The notes beneath the pieces are model-generated. The model was not told where the DNA came from, made no database searches, and saw only the letters and a list, made by a program, of their open reading frames with translations. A program made the translations under genes and the position numbers. From a virus: a DNA stretch of 64,000 nucleotides. Of this stretch, positions 28,837 through 38,290 are shown one piece after another; position 1 is the stretch's first letter; each line of letters begins with the position of its first letter. The stretch is taken from positions 1 through 64,000 of the IMG/VR virus record IMGVR_UViG_3300030419_005367, one strand, 5' to 3'.

Positions 28837-30687
28837 ATGTCTGTACTTGATAAATTAACAGAAGGCATTGTTAATCGCGATCTCCAAAAGGAAGGTGCTG
28901 CTCTACTGAATAAGTGGGAGAAGACCGGTCTTTTGGAAGGAATTACCAGTGACTCACAAAAAAATGGAATGGCTGTCCTGCTTGAGAACCAAGCAAAAGA
29001 GCTACTTAGAGAGGCTTCCTCGATGGCAGCCGGTGATGTTGAAGGCTTCGCAGCCGTAGCATTCCCGCTTGTTCGTCGTGTATTCGGTGGTCTTGTTGCT
29101 AACGATCTTGTATCCGTTCAGCCAATGAGCCTTCCATCCGGTCTCATCTTCTTCCTCGACTTCACTTACGAAGGCCGCGAGGGTATTGTACAAGATCCGG
29201 GCGATTCCGTCTACGGCGGTAACGTGGTTGCATCCCAGTTGACTGGTGGTGTTACTAACATCACAGAAGAGGGTGGTGGTTTTTATAACCTCGCAAATGC
29301 TTATTCGCATGCTACCTCTTCGATCGCTCTCGACGAGTCGACCGCGACCGCAATCGGTTCAGCAGAAGAAAATCACGTTCACGATGAGCTTACCGACGCC
29401 GGCCCATTCACCACTGCTGGTGGTGTAACAATTAGCTCCCTTACGGCAGCACAAAAGAAGGTTCTTCGTTTTGATCCTGACATTCTTGCTGCTTCTGCTG
29501 GTACTGTTTCTCACCTTTTGGTAAGACTTTCCACTGCTAATATGAACACCATTAATCTCGATAATCTTAGCACTATCGATCTTAGTGACTCCGCTGGTAA
29601 TACACTTTACGGTATTTCCACTGCAAGAGTTGTTAGAAGACTAACACACCTTGGTTATTATGACACTAGTGGTAATAGTATCGTAGCTGGCTCCAAGACT
29701 AACTACATTAGTTTGTATGTTCAGTCCGACGCCGACAGTGCTACTCATGAGCTTGCAGGTTCTGACGGCACAGATGCACTTGAACTTCACGTTCCTATTA
29801 AGGACGCTATGGCTTCTTCGGACAATGTTGGTTCTGTGGTTGGTGAAGCTTCTTGGGCTCTTGAAGAGCCACAAGACGGAACTGGCAACGCTGGTAATGC
29901 AACTGGCAAAAACGAGATTCCTGAGATCGACATCAAGGTTGACTCTGTTTCCGTTACTGCAATGACAAAGAAGCTCAAGGCCAAATGGACCCCAGAGCTT
30001 GGTCAAGACCTTAATGCTTACCACAACCTCGACGCTGAGGTTGAGCTTACTGGTATTCTCTCTGAGCAGATCGCTCTTGAGATCGACCGTGAGATCCTCA
30101 ATGACCTCATCACTGGTGCAACTGCTGGTACTCGTTACTGGTCTCGCGCCCCGGGCCTTTTCGTAGACTCAACTGGTACTGAGCTTGGTGCTGCTTCGGC
30201 TGCTCCAGACTTTACTGGTACAGTATCCGAGTGGTACGAGACTCTCGTTGAGACAATCAACGATGTTTCTGCTCAGATTCACCGCAAAACTCTTCGCGGT
30301 GGTGCCAACTTCATCGTCGTTGGGCCTGAAGTTGCCAACATTCTTGAGTTCACAAACGGTTTCCGTGCAGACGTAACTGGTGATGTTGACCGTGGTACGG
30401 TTGGCGCAGTTAAGTCTGGTGCACTTAGCAAGAAGTGGGATGTATACGTAGATCCTTACTTCCCTCGCAACGTAGTACTCGTTGGTCGTAAAGGTGGTTC
30501 GTTCCTTGAGAGCGGATTTGTTTACGCTCCATACGTACCGCTGCAGGTCACACCTACTATCTTCGGTACCGAAGACTTCGTTCCTCGCAAGGGAGTGATG
30601 ACTCGTTATGCCAAGAAGATGGTACGTCCTGATATGTACGGTCTAGTAGTCGTTCGCGGCTTGCTTGGTGAGGAAGGCGCTAGCTAA
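28837..30687 (+). CDS. major capsid protein (T4 gp23-like)
   Basis: LLENQ, PLVRR, VSVQPMSLPSGLIF, KLKAKWTPELGQDL, EIDREI, YAPYVP and GVMTRY motifs. Confidence 0.97.
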   Translation: MSVLDKLTEGIVNRDLQKEGAALLNKWEKTGLLEGITSDSQKNGMAVLLENQAKELLREASSMAAGDVEGFAAVAFPLVRRVFGGLVANDLVSVQPMSLPSGLIFFLDFTYEGREGIVQDPGDSVYGGNVVASQLTGGVTNITEEGGGFYNLANAYSHATSSIALDESTATAIGSAEENHVHDELTDAGPFTTAGGVTISSLTAAQKKVLRFDPDILAASAGTVSHLLVRLSTANMNTINLDNLSTIDLSDSAGNTLYGISTARVVRRLTHLGYYDTSGNSIVAGSKTNYISLYVQSDADSATHELAGSDGTDALELHVPIKDAMASSDNVGSVVGEASWALEEPQDGTGNAGNATGKNEIPEIDIKVDSVSVTAMTKKLKAKWTPELGQDLNAYHNLDAEVELTGILSEQIALEIDREILNDLITGATAGTRYWSRAPGLFVDSTGTELGAASAAPDFTGTVSEWYETLVETINDVSAQIHRKTLRGGANFIVVGPEVANILEFTNGFRADVTGDVDRGTVGAVKSGALSKKWDVYVDPYFPRNVVLVGRKGGSFLESGFVYAPYVPLQVTPTIFGTEDFVPRKGVMTRYAKKMVRPDMYGLVVVRGLLGEEGAS

Positions 30688-30720
30688 TAGCTAACGACTT
30701 ATAGCCAATAGTCAATTTAC

Positions 30721-30754
30721 GCCCCGCCTTGGGAAACTAAGGCGGGGCTTTTTT
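30721..30754 (+). terminator. Rho-independent terminator after the capsid gene
   Basis: GCCCCGCCTTGG / GAAA / CTAAGGCGGGGC followed by TTTTTT. Confidence 0.9.
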
Positions 30755-30785
30755 GTTTTATGTGACTCTTTTGTTGATGATGGAA

Positions 30786-30794
30786 ACTATTTAT
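30786..30794 (+). promoter_or_regulatory. putative late promoter ACTATTTAT
   Basis: Motif between the capsid terminator and the structured RNA. Confidence 0.6.
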
Positions 30795-30800
30795 AGGGAC

Positions 30801-30892
30801 AACTTGAGTCAAATCTCCTTGGACGGGGCCGCTGTCCTTTGAAGAAGTTTTGACCGAAGCGGCTGGTCATTATTTCGTGATTGAATCAAGTT
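30801..30892 (+). ncRNA. candidate structured RNA: three-way junction with complementary (kissing) loops
   Basis: P1 30801-30812/30881-30892; P2 30821-30824/30834-30837; P3 30844-30856/30864-30876; loops GCCGCT and AGCGGC are exact complements. Confidence 0.6.
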
Positions 30893-30923
30893 ATTGCAAT
30901 AACCATATAAGGAGAAATAAATT

Positions 30924-31745
30924 ATGGGAAAAAGAATAGGACGCAGAAGATTGGACAGTCTTTTGGAAAGAAATTATGACTCAACTGATGAGTGGGGGTT
31001 TGTCCGACCTCCAATGGTACCCGGACTACAACGCAATTTAAAAATTGTTGCTCTGGGCCAAATGCACGGTTGGGCACTTGAGGATTTGACGGATCTACCT
31101 CAAGAAGACGCAACGACGTCTATTTGGAGCGCTGACAAAGACTCAGGTACCGTCGTTTGTCTTGCTGGTGACGCTGACTTTACTGATGGCGCTATTACGA
31201 TGACTACTGGTGGTTCCTCGGGTAATCAGGTTGGTGTTATGTGCAGAGGTACACAATTTAACTGCTCTAGCACTAAAAAATGGTGGATTGAAACTGTGAT
31301 TAAGTGCGCAGATCATGATGCTAGTGAATTTTTCTTTGGTCTTCACGAGAGAGACGTTGATACAGACAGCTTTCATGTCGAAGCGGCAGCAGCCGGCAAA
31401 GATAGAATTGGCTTTGTAAAAGCGACACACAATGCCGATGCGGTTACTTATGCGTGCTCATCTAATGGTGATGGCACAATTTCAACAGCTTTAGATACGG
31501 CCATATCATATGACGCCGATAACGATGTTCTTGCAATGGGTATCCATTGGGACGGGGCTCAGTTGAAGTTTTATTCCGCGATTTCTGCGACCGGAACCGA
31601 TCCGGGTGCAATGAAGCTTAACACTACCGTCACAGCAAACATTCCTACCGACTCTAATCTGAGTCTTATGTTAATGTTTGAGAACGGCGGTGGTGCTGAT
31701 GAATCATTCGGCGTAAACTTTATTCGCGGCGCGTATGAGGTTTAA
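30924..31745 (+). CDS. hypothetical virion protein (beta-sandwich/lectin-like, possible head decoration)
   Basis: Basic N-terminus MGKRIGRRRL; beta-rich body; follows the MCP; SD AAGGAG. Confidence 0.5.
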   Translation: MGKRIGRRRLDSLLERNYDSTDEWGFVRPPMVPGLQRNLKIVALGQMHGWALEDLTDLPQEDATTSIWSADKDSGTVVCLAGDADFTDGAITMTTGGSSGNQVGVMCRGTQFNCSSTKKWWIETVIKCADHDASEFFFGLHERDVDTDSFHVEAAAAGKDRIGFVKATHNADAVTYACSSNGDGTISTALDTAISYDADNDVLAMGIHWDGAQLKFYSAISATGTDPGAMKLNTTVTANIPTDSNLSLMLMFENGGGADESFGVNFIRGAYEV

Positions 31746-31787
31746 TATTTGAAGTAATTCAAATATAATACAATTAATTAAATTAAC

Positions 31788-31827
31788 AAACCCCCATTTG
31801 ATTTATTTCAGGTGGGGGTTTTGTTTT
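31788..31827 (+). terminator. Rho-independent terminator
   Basis: AAACCCCCATTTGA / loop / TCAGGTGGGGGTTT followed by TGTTTT. Confidence 0.8.
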
Positions 31828-31834
31828 ATCCAAA

Positions 31835-31842
31835 ACTATTTA
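31835..31842 (+). promoter_or_regulatory. putative late promoter ACTATTTA
   Basis: Immediately after the terminator and before the neck gene. Confidence 0.6.
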
Positions 31843-31866
31843 CTTTGCTATAGGAGATCCTCGTGA

Positions 31867-33177
31867 ATGGCCACTCGACCGCCCCTCAACCCCAAGAGCA
31901 CACAAAGTGCAACAATTCTGCCAGCTTCCGGAAGCACGACCAATGTAGCGGCTGCGTGCCCTATCGGCGTGTACACGGGTTCAGCAGGATTCCTTCAGGG
32001 TGCTCGCGACCAAGTTAGCTACGTTTATAAGAAACTTGGTGGAGATGTTTTAGATATTGAAATAACCGAGGGCAATGTTTATGCAGCTTATGAAGAATCA
32101 GTTCTAGAATATTCTTATATTGTTAACATTCATCAATCCAAGAACGTACTCTCAGACGCTCTAGGCGATGCAACTGGTAGTTTTAACAGTGACGGCGAAC
32201 TAATCTCTTCAGGTTCTTTCAACCAGCATTCAGGGCTCTCAGCGTCTCTTGAGGGAGACAGGGTGGAACTTAAATATCCTAATTTCCAATTTTCCTATGC
32301 AAGAAGGGTTGGGCAGGCTCTTTCAAATGAAGTTAATGTTGGTGGTTTTGATACTGTATATTCAGCTTCAATTGATATCACGTCTTCAGTGCAAGATTAT
32401 GATCTTCAAGCAATTGTGTATTCTGCATCTGTGGACTCTGAAAATACATATAAATTTTCTAACAAAGTTGGCAAGAATAAAATATTAATTAGAAAGGTTT
32501 ATTACAAGACACCTGCGGCTTCTTGGAGGTTTTATGGATATTATGGTGGTTTAAACACCGTTGGCAACTTGCAGTCTTATGGGCAATATGCCGACGATTC
32601 ACAATTCCAAATCATCCCAGTTTGGCAAAACAAGATGCAGGCCATGGCATATGAAGACGCAATTTATACTAGAAACTCGCACTATTCATATGAAATTAAG
32701 AATAATCAATTAAGAATATTTCCCTCACCAACAAGAAACTTTTCAAATCCTAACAAATATTGGATTGAATTTGTTATTCCAAATGAGCACAACTCTTGGG
32801 ATCAAAACAATCAAAGAAGAAATAATACGAGCGGCATTAATAATATGAACACCTTGCCGTTTGCAAACATTCCATACGATAAAATCAATTCGATTGGTAA
32901 GCAGTGGATTCGAAGATTCGGATTGGCTTTGTCAAAAGAAATACTAGGTCATGTAAGATCTAAATTCGCAACAATCCCAATTCCGGGAGAGTCAGTGACT
33001 TTAAATGGCGATGCTTTAGTATCACAAGCAAAAGAAGAGCAGACCGCTCTTCGAGAGGAGCTTAAGACAGTTCTTGACGAGATGACTTACGACAAGCTGG
33101 TCGAAAAAGACGCCAGTATCGTTGCAAACGTCGGAACAATGCAAGAAAAACTGCCCATGGGCATATTCACAGGATAG
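31867..33177 (+). CDS. neck / head-tail adaptor protein (T4 gp13-like)
   Basis: KLGGDVLDIEI N-terminal motif and QWIRRFGLALSKEILG..RSKF..IP....LNG C-terminal motif; position after the head genes. Confidence 0.75.
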   Translation: MATRPPLNPKSTQSATILPASGSTTNVAAACPIGVYTGSAGFLQGARDQVSYVYKKLGGDVLDIEITEGNVYAAYEESVLEYSYIVNIHQSKNVLSDALGDATGSFNSDGELISSGSFNQHSGLSASLEGDRVELKYPNFQFSYARRVGQALSNEVNVGGFDTVYSASIDITSSVQDYDLQAIVYSASVDSENTYKFSNKVGKNKILIRKVYYKTPAASWRFYGYYGGLNTVGNLQSYGQYADDSQFQIIPVWQNKMQAMAYEDAIYTRNSHYSYEIKNNQLRIFPSPTRNFSNPNKYWIEFVIPNEHNSWDQNNQRRNNTSGINNMNTLPFANIPYDKINSIGKQWIRRFGLALSKEILGHVRSKFATIPIPGESVTLNGDALVSQAKEEQTALREELKTVLDEMTYDKLVEKDASIVANVGTMQEKLPMGIFTG

Positions 33178-33187
33178 GGGGTAGAAA

Positions 33188-33676
33188 ATGGCAAAGAAAT
33201 GGTCACAACCGGCTTCGCCACCGCCTCCTCTTTTTACAGGCAAGAAAGAAAGAGACTTGGTTAAGCAAGTTAATGATGAATTAATTGAAAGAGTCATTGG
33301 CCAGCAGGTTCTTTACTTTCCAATAAGCGTCAATAACAGCAACTTTCACCCTTTATACGGGGAAGCTATTGAAAAAAACTATTTGCCTCCAATTCGAGTG
33401 CACGCACTTGTAGAATATGACGGCGACGAGACTGAGTGGATGGATAACGTTGGGATTGATGTGAAATCTTCTATCATTGTCCACTTTCACAAGAGAAGAC
33501 TAACCGAAGATCAAGATCTTTTTGTGCGCAACGGCGATTTTGTATTATATGGCGATATTTATTATGAGATTGTAAGTTTGAATGAGCCACAGCAGATCTT
33601 TGGTCAGGTAAGCCACCAAATGGAAATCTCAGCAAAGTGTATCCGAGCACGCGAGGGTTTATTCGATGGCAATTGA
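33188..33676 (+). CDS. neck / head closure protein (T4 gp14-like)
   Basis: ELIE..IGQQVLY, LYGEA, GDFV..YEI motifs; synteny. Confidence 0.65.
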   Translation: MAKKWSQPASPPPPLFTGKKERDLVKQVNDELIERVIGQQVLYFPISVNNSNFHPLYGEAIEKNYLPPIRVHALVEYDGDETEWMDNVGIDVKSSIIVHFHKRRLTEDQDLFVRNGDFVLYGDIYYEIVSLNEPQQIFGQVSHQMEISAKCIRAREGLFDGN

Positions 33677-34565
33677 TAAAGATAAATATACAATTGATAA
33701 AGATGGAAACATTGTTTCTGAAACAATCATTGCGCCATCGACTTTAGAAAACATTGACCAAGCTATGTTTGAGTGGATTGATAAAAAAGTGGACATATCC
33801 TGCACAACAAACAAAGGGTGGAAGAAGTCTCCCGTTATTTGGATGTCAGCCGAACGTTCTCATCAAATTAAGAATAGAAAAGAACTTCGAGACGACAATG
33901 GTTCACTTATTTTACCTATTATCACCCTCTCTAGAGTCGGCGTTGTTAAAGACCCTAGCAATAAGGGTATTTTTCAAGCTCATATACCTCCGAACATTGA
34001 TGAGCGCGGAGGATCTATTATCATCAATAGAAGAATTAACCAAGATAAGACTGCTAATTTTGCTAATGCTGACGCCAAGCGTAAGGGAAAATATGCATCT
34101 ACAAATACTGGTGCAAGAGACCAAGTTAACTTTGCAAAGAAAAATGAAAAAATTGTTTATCAAACAATGTCTATTCCAATGCCGGTTTACGTCGACGTAT
34201 CATATGAAATAACACTTAGAACAGAGTATCAGCAGCAAATGAACGAGATGGTTACACCGTTTATTACAAAGACAGGAGGGATTAATTATTTCCTTTTGGA
34301 AAACGATGGCCATCGCTATGAAAGCTTTATTGATCAAGACTTCGCACAGAACAATAACGTCTCCACTTTACAGGTCGACGAGAGAATGTACCAGACTACA
34401 GTGAAGATCAAAGTTCTTGGTTATTTAATAGGTGAAGGCAAAAATCAGGCTCAGCCAAAAGTTGTTATTCGCGAGAACGCTGTGGAGGTTAAACTTCCAC
34501 GAGAAAGAGTAATCTATGGCGACATCCCAGAACACACTGATAAGAGCGGATTTTATCGCGATTAG
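33666..34565 (+). CDS. tail terminator / sheath stabiliser (T4 gp15-like)
   Basis: ILPIITL and PMPVYVDVSYEI motifs; located between neck and sheath. Confidence 0.6.
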   Translation: MAIDKDKYTIDKDGNIVSETIIAPSTLENIDQAMFEWIDKKVDISCTTNKGWKKSPVIWMSAERSHQIKNRKELRDDNGSLILPIITLSRVGVVKDPSNKGIFQAHIPPNIDERGGSIIINRRINQDKTANFANADAKRKGKYASTNTGARDQVNFAKKNEKIVYQTMSIPMPVYVDVSYEITLRTEYQQQMNEMVTPFITKTGGINYFLLENDGHRYESFIDQDFAQNNNVSTLQVDERMYQTTVKIKVLGYLIGEGKNQAQPKVVIRENAVEVKLPRERVIYGDIPEHTDKSGFYRD

Positions 34566-34589
34566 TTTTGGACTTTGGAAAATTAAACA

Positions 34590-34597
34590 ACTATTTA
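34590..34597 (+). promoter_or_regulatory. putative late promoter ACTATTTA
   Basis: Intergenic, upstream of the sheath gene. Confidence 0.6.
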
Positions 34598-34636
34598 CTA
34601 GAGCAATTATTGTAGTCATAAAGGAGACGTCACAGC

Positions 34637-37600
34637 ATGGCTGAAAAAAAGTTTAAGTTTGTTTCACCGGGGATCTTCCTCAGCGAAGTTGATAATTCAC
34701 AAAACCCTAGCGCGGGAGATGCCCCCGGACCAGTGCTCATCGGTAGATTTGAGCGCGGCCCCGGCATGCGCCCAACAATAGTAAATTCCTTCTCCGAGTT
34801 TGTAGAGATCTTCGGAAATCCAATCTCAGGTAAAGGAACAACAGACGGCGACGTCTGGAGAAATGGTAACTACCTTGCTCCTACATACGCCGCATACGCC
34901 GCTCAGGCTTGGTTAAGAAACAACCCTTCTTGTACCGTTATTCGTCTTCTCGGAACAGAAGATCCCAACGCATCCGCGGGTGGCACAGACGGCCCTGCCG
35001 GAACCGGCGGAAAGGCTGGTTGGGATATGGGCGAGGTTGGTTCTAGTGCACCAGATGGTGCATACGGACTTTTCGTATTCCCAAAATTCGACACCCTTTC
35101 CACAACAGCCGCCACTCCACACACTGGAACATTGGCAGCTATCTTTTATGTCAACCATGCCTCTACGACATTGGCGCTCACGGGTACAGCAAGAGTCACA
35201 TCAGGAAAGGTGCCTGCAATGTTCCCAACAGCTTCGCACGGTGCACTTCTTGTTACTTCTAGTGCAAATGCAAGTGGACAGTTTACGATGGTTGTTGGAA
35301 CTCAGGCTGAGATCGCAACTGCAAACAGCGTTGGCGCAAAGAAGATCGAGTTCAACTTTAACGAGAATTCAGAGAAGTTCATTAGAAAGGTGTTTAATAC
35401 AAACCCTGCAAAGGTTAACTCTAATGCCTACTCAACCACAGAAGCTTATTTCTTAGGCGAAACCTTTGAAAGACAACTTCTCGACCAACAGCGCGGTGGC
35501 GCAGGCCAACACGGTGGTGCTGGAGCAGCAGTTAATGGTTATGGCGTAGGTGAGGCCGGAACAGGCTTGTCAACACTTAATAACATTGGTGCAGCAACAA
35601 TGCTTCCTTTGAAATCTGTTGGCGGCGGCTATGACTGGGCAAACCACAAACGCCCGATGCAGGCAGGCCGCACAGGCTGGTTTGTAGCTCAGCACCAAGG
35701 TGCAGCGGGAACGTTCAACGCACATCAGCTTCAAAAGTTATTTAGATTACACTCATTGGAGCCGGGAGAGTGGACACAAAGAAATCTTAAGGTATCCATT
35801 CAAGATATTACACCTCCAAAGTCAGCAGCACTGGGAGTACCCCAGTTCTCAACATTTACAGTTGTGATCAGAAAGATCGACGACAGCGATGCTTCTCCTC
35901 AACTTGTTGAGCGCTTCAGCGGATGTGATCTTAATCCAAATTCTGCAAACTATATTTGTAGAAAGATTGGTGATAAGTATGTCGAGTGGGATAATACAAA
36001 AAGATCTTACAGAGAGTACGGAACTTATAATAATATGTCAAAGTTCATTTCTGTTGAGGTCAATGAGGTTGTTTCCAACGGAGACGCAGCAAATCTTATG
36101 CCTATGGGTATGTATGGTCCTCCACGTCCTAAAAAGGTCGCTATCGGAACAGGAAGAAACATTGGTTCTGAGTCATGGGTTTTACACAGTACGGGCTCTT
36201 TCTTGCCAACGCACTTCGAGGGCACCATGAGCCCTGCTGCAATTGCAACCGGTGGTGGACTGTTCCAACTTGGTCTTACGGGTGCCTTGATTTGGCCACA
36301 GCCAATTCTCCGTCACTCGAACACAGAGGACAACCTTCCAAAGAAAAATTCAGCATATTTCGGTATGTCGACTTCTAAATCTGGTTCTGGAGTGTTCGCT
36401 CCGAGCACAGTGGATGTTTTGAGAGCGCTTCCTTCTGGTATTGGTACCTTTAACAGCGACTCTTCAAGAATTGTAACTGAGGGCGCAACATACGTTGAGC
36501 CATCTTTCATTTTCACGCTTGATAATCTGTCTGCTTCCGCAGATGGTTCCGGAGATGTTAAATACGTTTCTGGCTCTCGCTTGGCTGGTACTTCGTTGAC
36601 AGCTTTGAGTGGAACAAATGCCGTGCTTACCGGTAGTAGCTTTGGCCACAATCGATTCACGACTCTTTTCCACGGCGGATTTGACGGTCTGGATGTTACA
36701 GAGAAAGATCCATTCAGAAATACAAGATTGGACGACTCTTCTGATGCTAAACTCAATTACACCCTCTTCTCAACTCTTAGAGCTATCGATACAGCAAGAG
36801 ATCCAGAGTTTGTTGAGTGTAACTTGATGGCAATGCCCGGTATTACAAATACTAGCGTTACAGATCATATGATTGATGTTTGCGAAGAAAGAGCAGATGC
36901 TCTCGCAATTATCGACTTGGAAGATGACTACATTCCAGCACACGAAAGTACAGCTACAGAGGCCAACCGTAAACCGGATGTCGATACAGCAGTACAAAAA
37001 CTCAAGAATCGTCAAATTAACTCAAGTTATGGTGCAGCGTATTATCCGTTTGTACAGATTAGAGATTCGTTGGCTAACCAATTACTGTTCGTACCACCTT
37101 CAGTAGTAGGCTTGGGTACTCTCTCATACAGCGAATCAGTTCGCGACGTATGGTTTGCACCTGCCGGCTTTACTCGCGGTGGTCTTAGCGACGGCAAGAT
37201 CGGTTTCCCAGTTGTTGGTGTAAAACATCAATTAACCTCCGAAGAGAGAGATAAGCTTTATGAAGTAAACGTTAATCCAATCGCTTCTTTCCCTGCAGAG
37301 GGTATCGTGGTCTTCGGCCAAAAGACGCTTCAGGTAACGGAGTCCGCTCTTAATCGAATTAATGTCCGCAGACTTTTGATCTTCCTTAAGAGAGAGATCT
37401 CTAGAGTTGCAGCAACCACATTGTTCGAGCAGAATGTAAGAGCAACATGGAACGGCTTCTCCGCTCGCGTTGAGAGCATTTTGAATGACGTTAAGTCTCG
37501 CTTGGGCTTGGCCGACTTTAAGGTTGTGTTGGATGAATCAACCACCACACCAGATCTGGTAGACAGAAACATTATGTACGCAAAAGTGTTCTTGAAACCA

Positions 37601-37669
37601 GTGCAAGCAATTGAATTTATCGCACTTGATTTTGTAATCACAGATTCCGGGGCTTCATTCGCAGATTAA
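34637..37669 (+). CDS. contractile tail sheath protein (T4 gp18-like)
   Basis: VSPGIFLSEVD, WFAPAGFTRG, VNPI, GQKTLQ, RINVRRL and PVQAIEFI motifs. Confidence 0.96.
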   Translation: MAEKKFKFVSPGIFLSEVDNSQNPSAGDAPGPVLIGRFERGPGMRPTIVNSFSEFVEIFGNPISGKGTTDGDVWRNGNYLAPTYAAYAAQAWLRNNPSCTVIRLLGTEDPNASAGGTDGPAGTGGKAGWDMGEVGSSAPDGAYGLFVFPKFDTLSTTAATPHTGTLAAIFYVNHASTTLALTGTARVTSGKVPAMFPTASHGALLVTSSANASGQFTMVVGTQAEIATANSVGAKKIEFNFNENSEKFIRKVFNTNPAKVNSNAYSTTEAYFLGETFERQLLDQQRGGAGQHGGAGAAVNGYGVGEAGTGLSTLNNIGAATMLPLKSVGGGYDWANHKRPMQAGRTGWFVAQHQGAAGTFNAHQLQKLFRLHSLEPGEWTQRNLKVSIQDITPPKSAALGVPQFSTFTVVIRKIDDSDASPQLVERFSGCDLNPNSANYICRKIGDKYVEWDNTKRSYREYGTYNNMSKFISVEVNEVVSNGDAANLMPMGMYGPPRPKKVAIGTGRNIGSESWVLHSTGSFLPTHFEGTMSPAAIATGGGLFQLGLTGALIWPQPILRHSNTEDNLPKKNSAYFGMSTSKSGSGVFAPSTVDVLRALPSGIGTFNSDSSRIVTEGATYVEPSFIFTLDNLSASADGSGDVKYVSGSRLAGTSLTALSGTNAVLTGSSFGHNRFTTLFHGGFDGLDVTEKDPFRNTRLDDSSDAKLNYTLFSTLRAIDTARDPEFVECNLMAMPGITNTSVTDHMIDVCEERADALAIIDLEDDYIPAHESTATEANRKPDVDTAVQKLKNRQINSSYGAAYYPFVQIRDSLANQLLFVPPSVVGLGTLSYSESVRDVWFAPAGFTRGGLSDGKIGFPVVGVKHQLTSEERDKLYEVNVNPIASFPAEGIVVFGQKTLQVTESALNRINVRRLLIFLKREISRVAATTLFEQNVRATWNGFSARVESILNDVKSRLGLADFKVVLDESTTTPDLVDRNIMYAKVFLKPVQAIEFIALDFVITDSGASFAD

Positions 37670-37692
37670 TAAAGATAATTTATAGCATAACT

Positions 37693-37700
37693 ACTATTTA
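37693..37700 (+). promoter_or_regulatory. putative late promoter ACTATTTA
   Basis: Intergenic, upstream of the tail tube gene. Confidence 0.6.
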
Positions 37701-37723
37701 GTACAACAGGAGAAAATAAAAAA

Positions 37724-38275
37724 ATGGGCAGTGATCAATTCTGGAATTCAACAAGCATCGAGCCAAAGCGTCAGCATAAGTGGCTTGTGTACTTGCATAA
37801 TTCAAACATTCCATCTTATGTTGCAAGAAAGGTAGATAAGCCAAGCTTTTCCATCAACGAGCAACAGCATAAATATTTTGGACATACTTTTAAGTATCCC
37901 GGACAAGTAACATGGGATGATATCACTATGACCCTTGTTGATCCAATCGACCCAAATGTAAGCGACAAGCTTCAGGAGGTTTTGATTAACTCTGGATATC
38001 GCACTCCAGATAACCGCACGAACAACGCTCTCTATACTGTCTCTAAAGACTCTTCTGTAAAGGCTCTAGGCCCTATTGTACGAATTGAGCAGTATGGCAC
38101 GCAACCCGGTCTTGGCGCAGCTTCCGGCGAGCCTTATCTTATTGAGGCGTGGCAAGTCTTCAATCCTTGGATTAAAGACGTAAAGTTTGGTGAGTTAACC
38201 TATGAAGATGACGGAATTGTCACTGTAGACTTAACAATTGCTTTCGATTGGGCTAAACTAGTAGACGTCAAATAA
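37724..38275 (+). CDS. tail tube protein (T4 gp19-like)
   Basis: EPKRQHKW, KYPGQVTWDDITMTLVDP and FGELTY...LTIAFDWA motifs; follows sheath. Confidence 0.85.
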   Translation: MGSDQFWNSTSIEPKRQHKWLVYLHNSNIPSYVARKVDKPSFSINEQQHKYFGHTFKYPGQVTWDDITMTLVDPIDPNVSDKLQEVLINSGYRTPDNRTNNALYTVSKDSSVKALGPIVRIEQYGTQPGLGAASGEPYLIEAWQVFNPWIKDVKFGELTYEDDGIVTVDLTIAFDWAKLVDVK

Positions 38276-38290
38276 AAACTGAGGTGAAAA

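Noticed and set aside
30801-30892. Hammerhead ribozyme reading of the three-way-junction RNA (UUGAAGA resembles CUGANGA)
   Set aside because: The core C is missing and no GAAA follows the second stem; the reverse strand has CGAAA but no CUGANGA.
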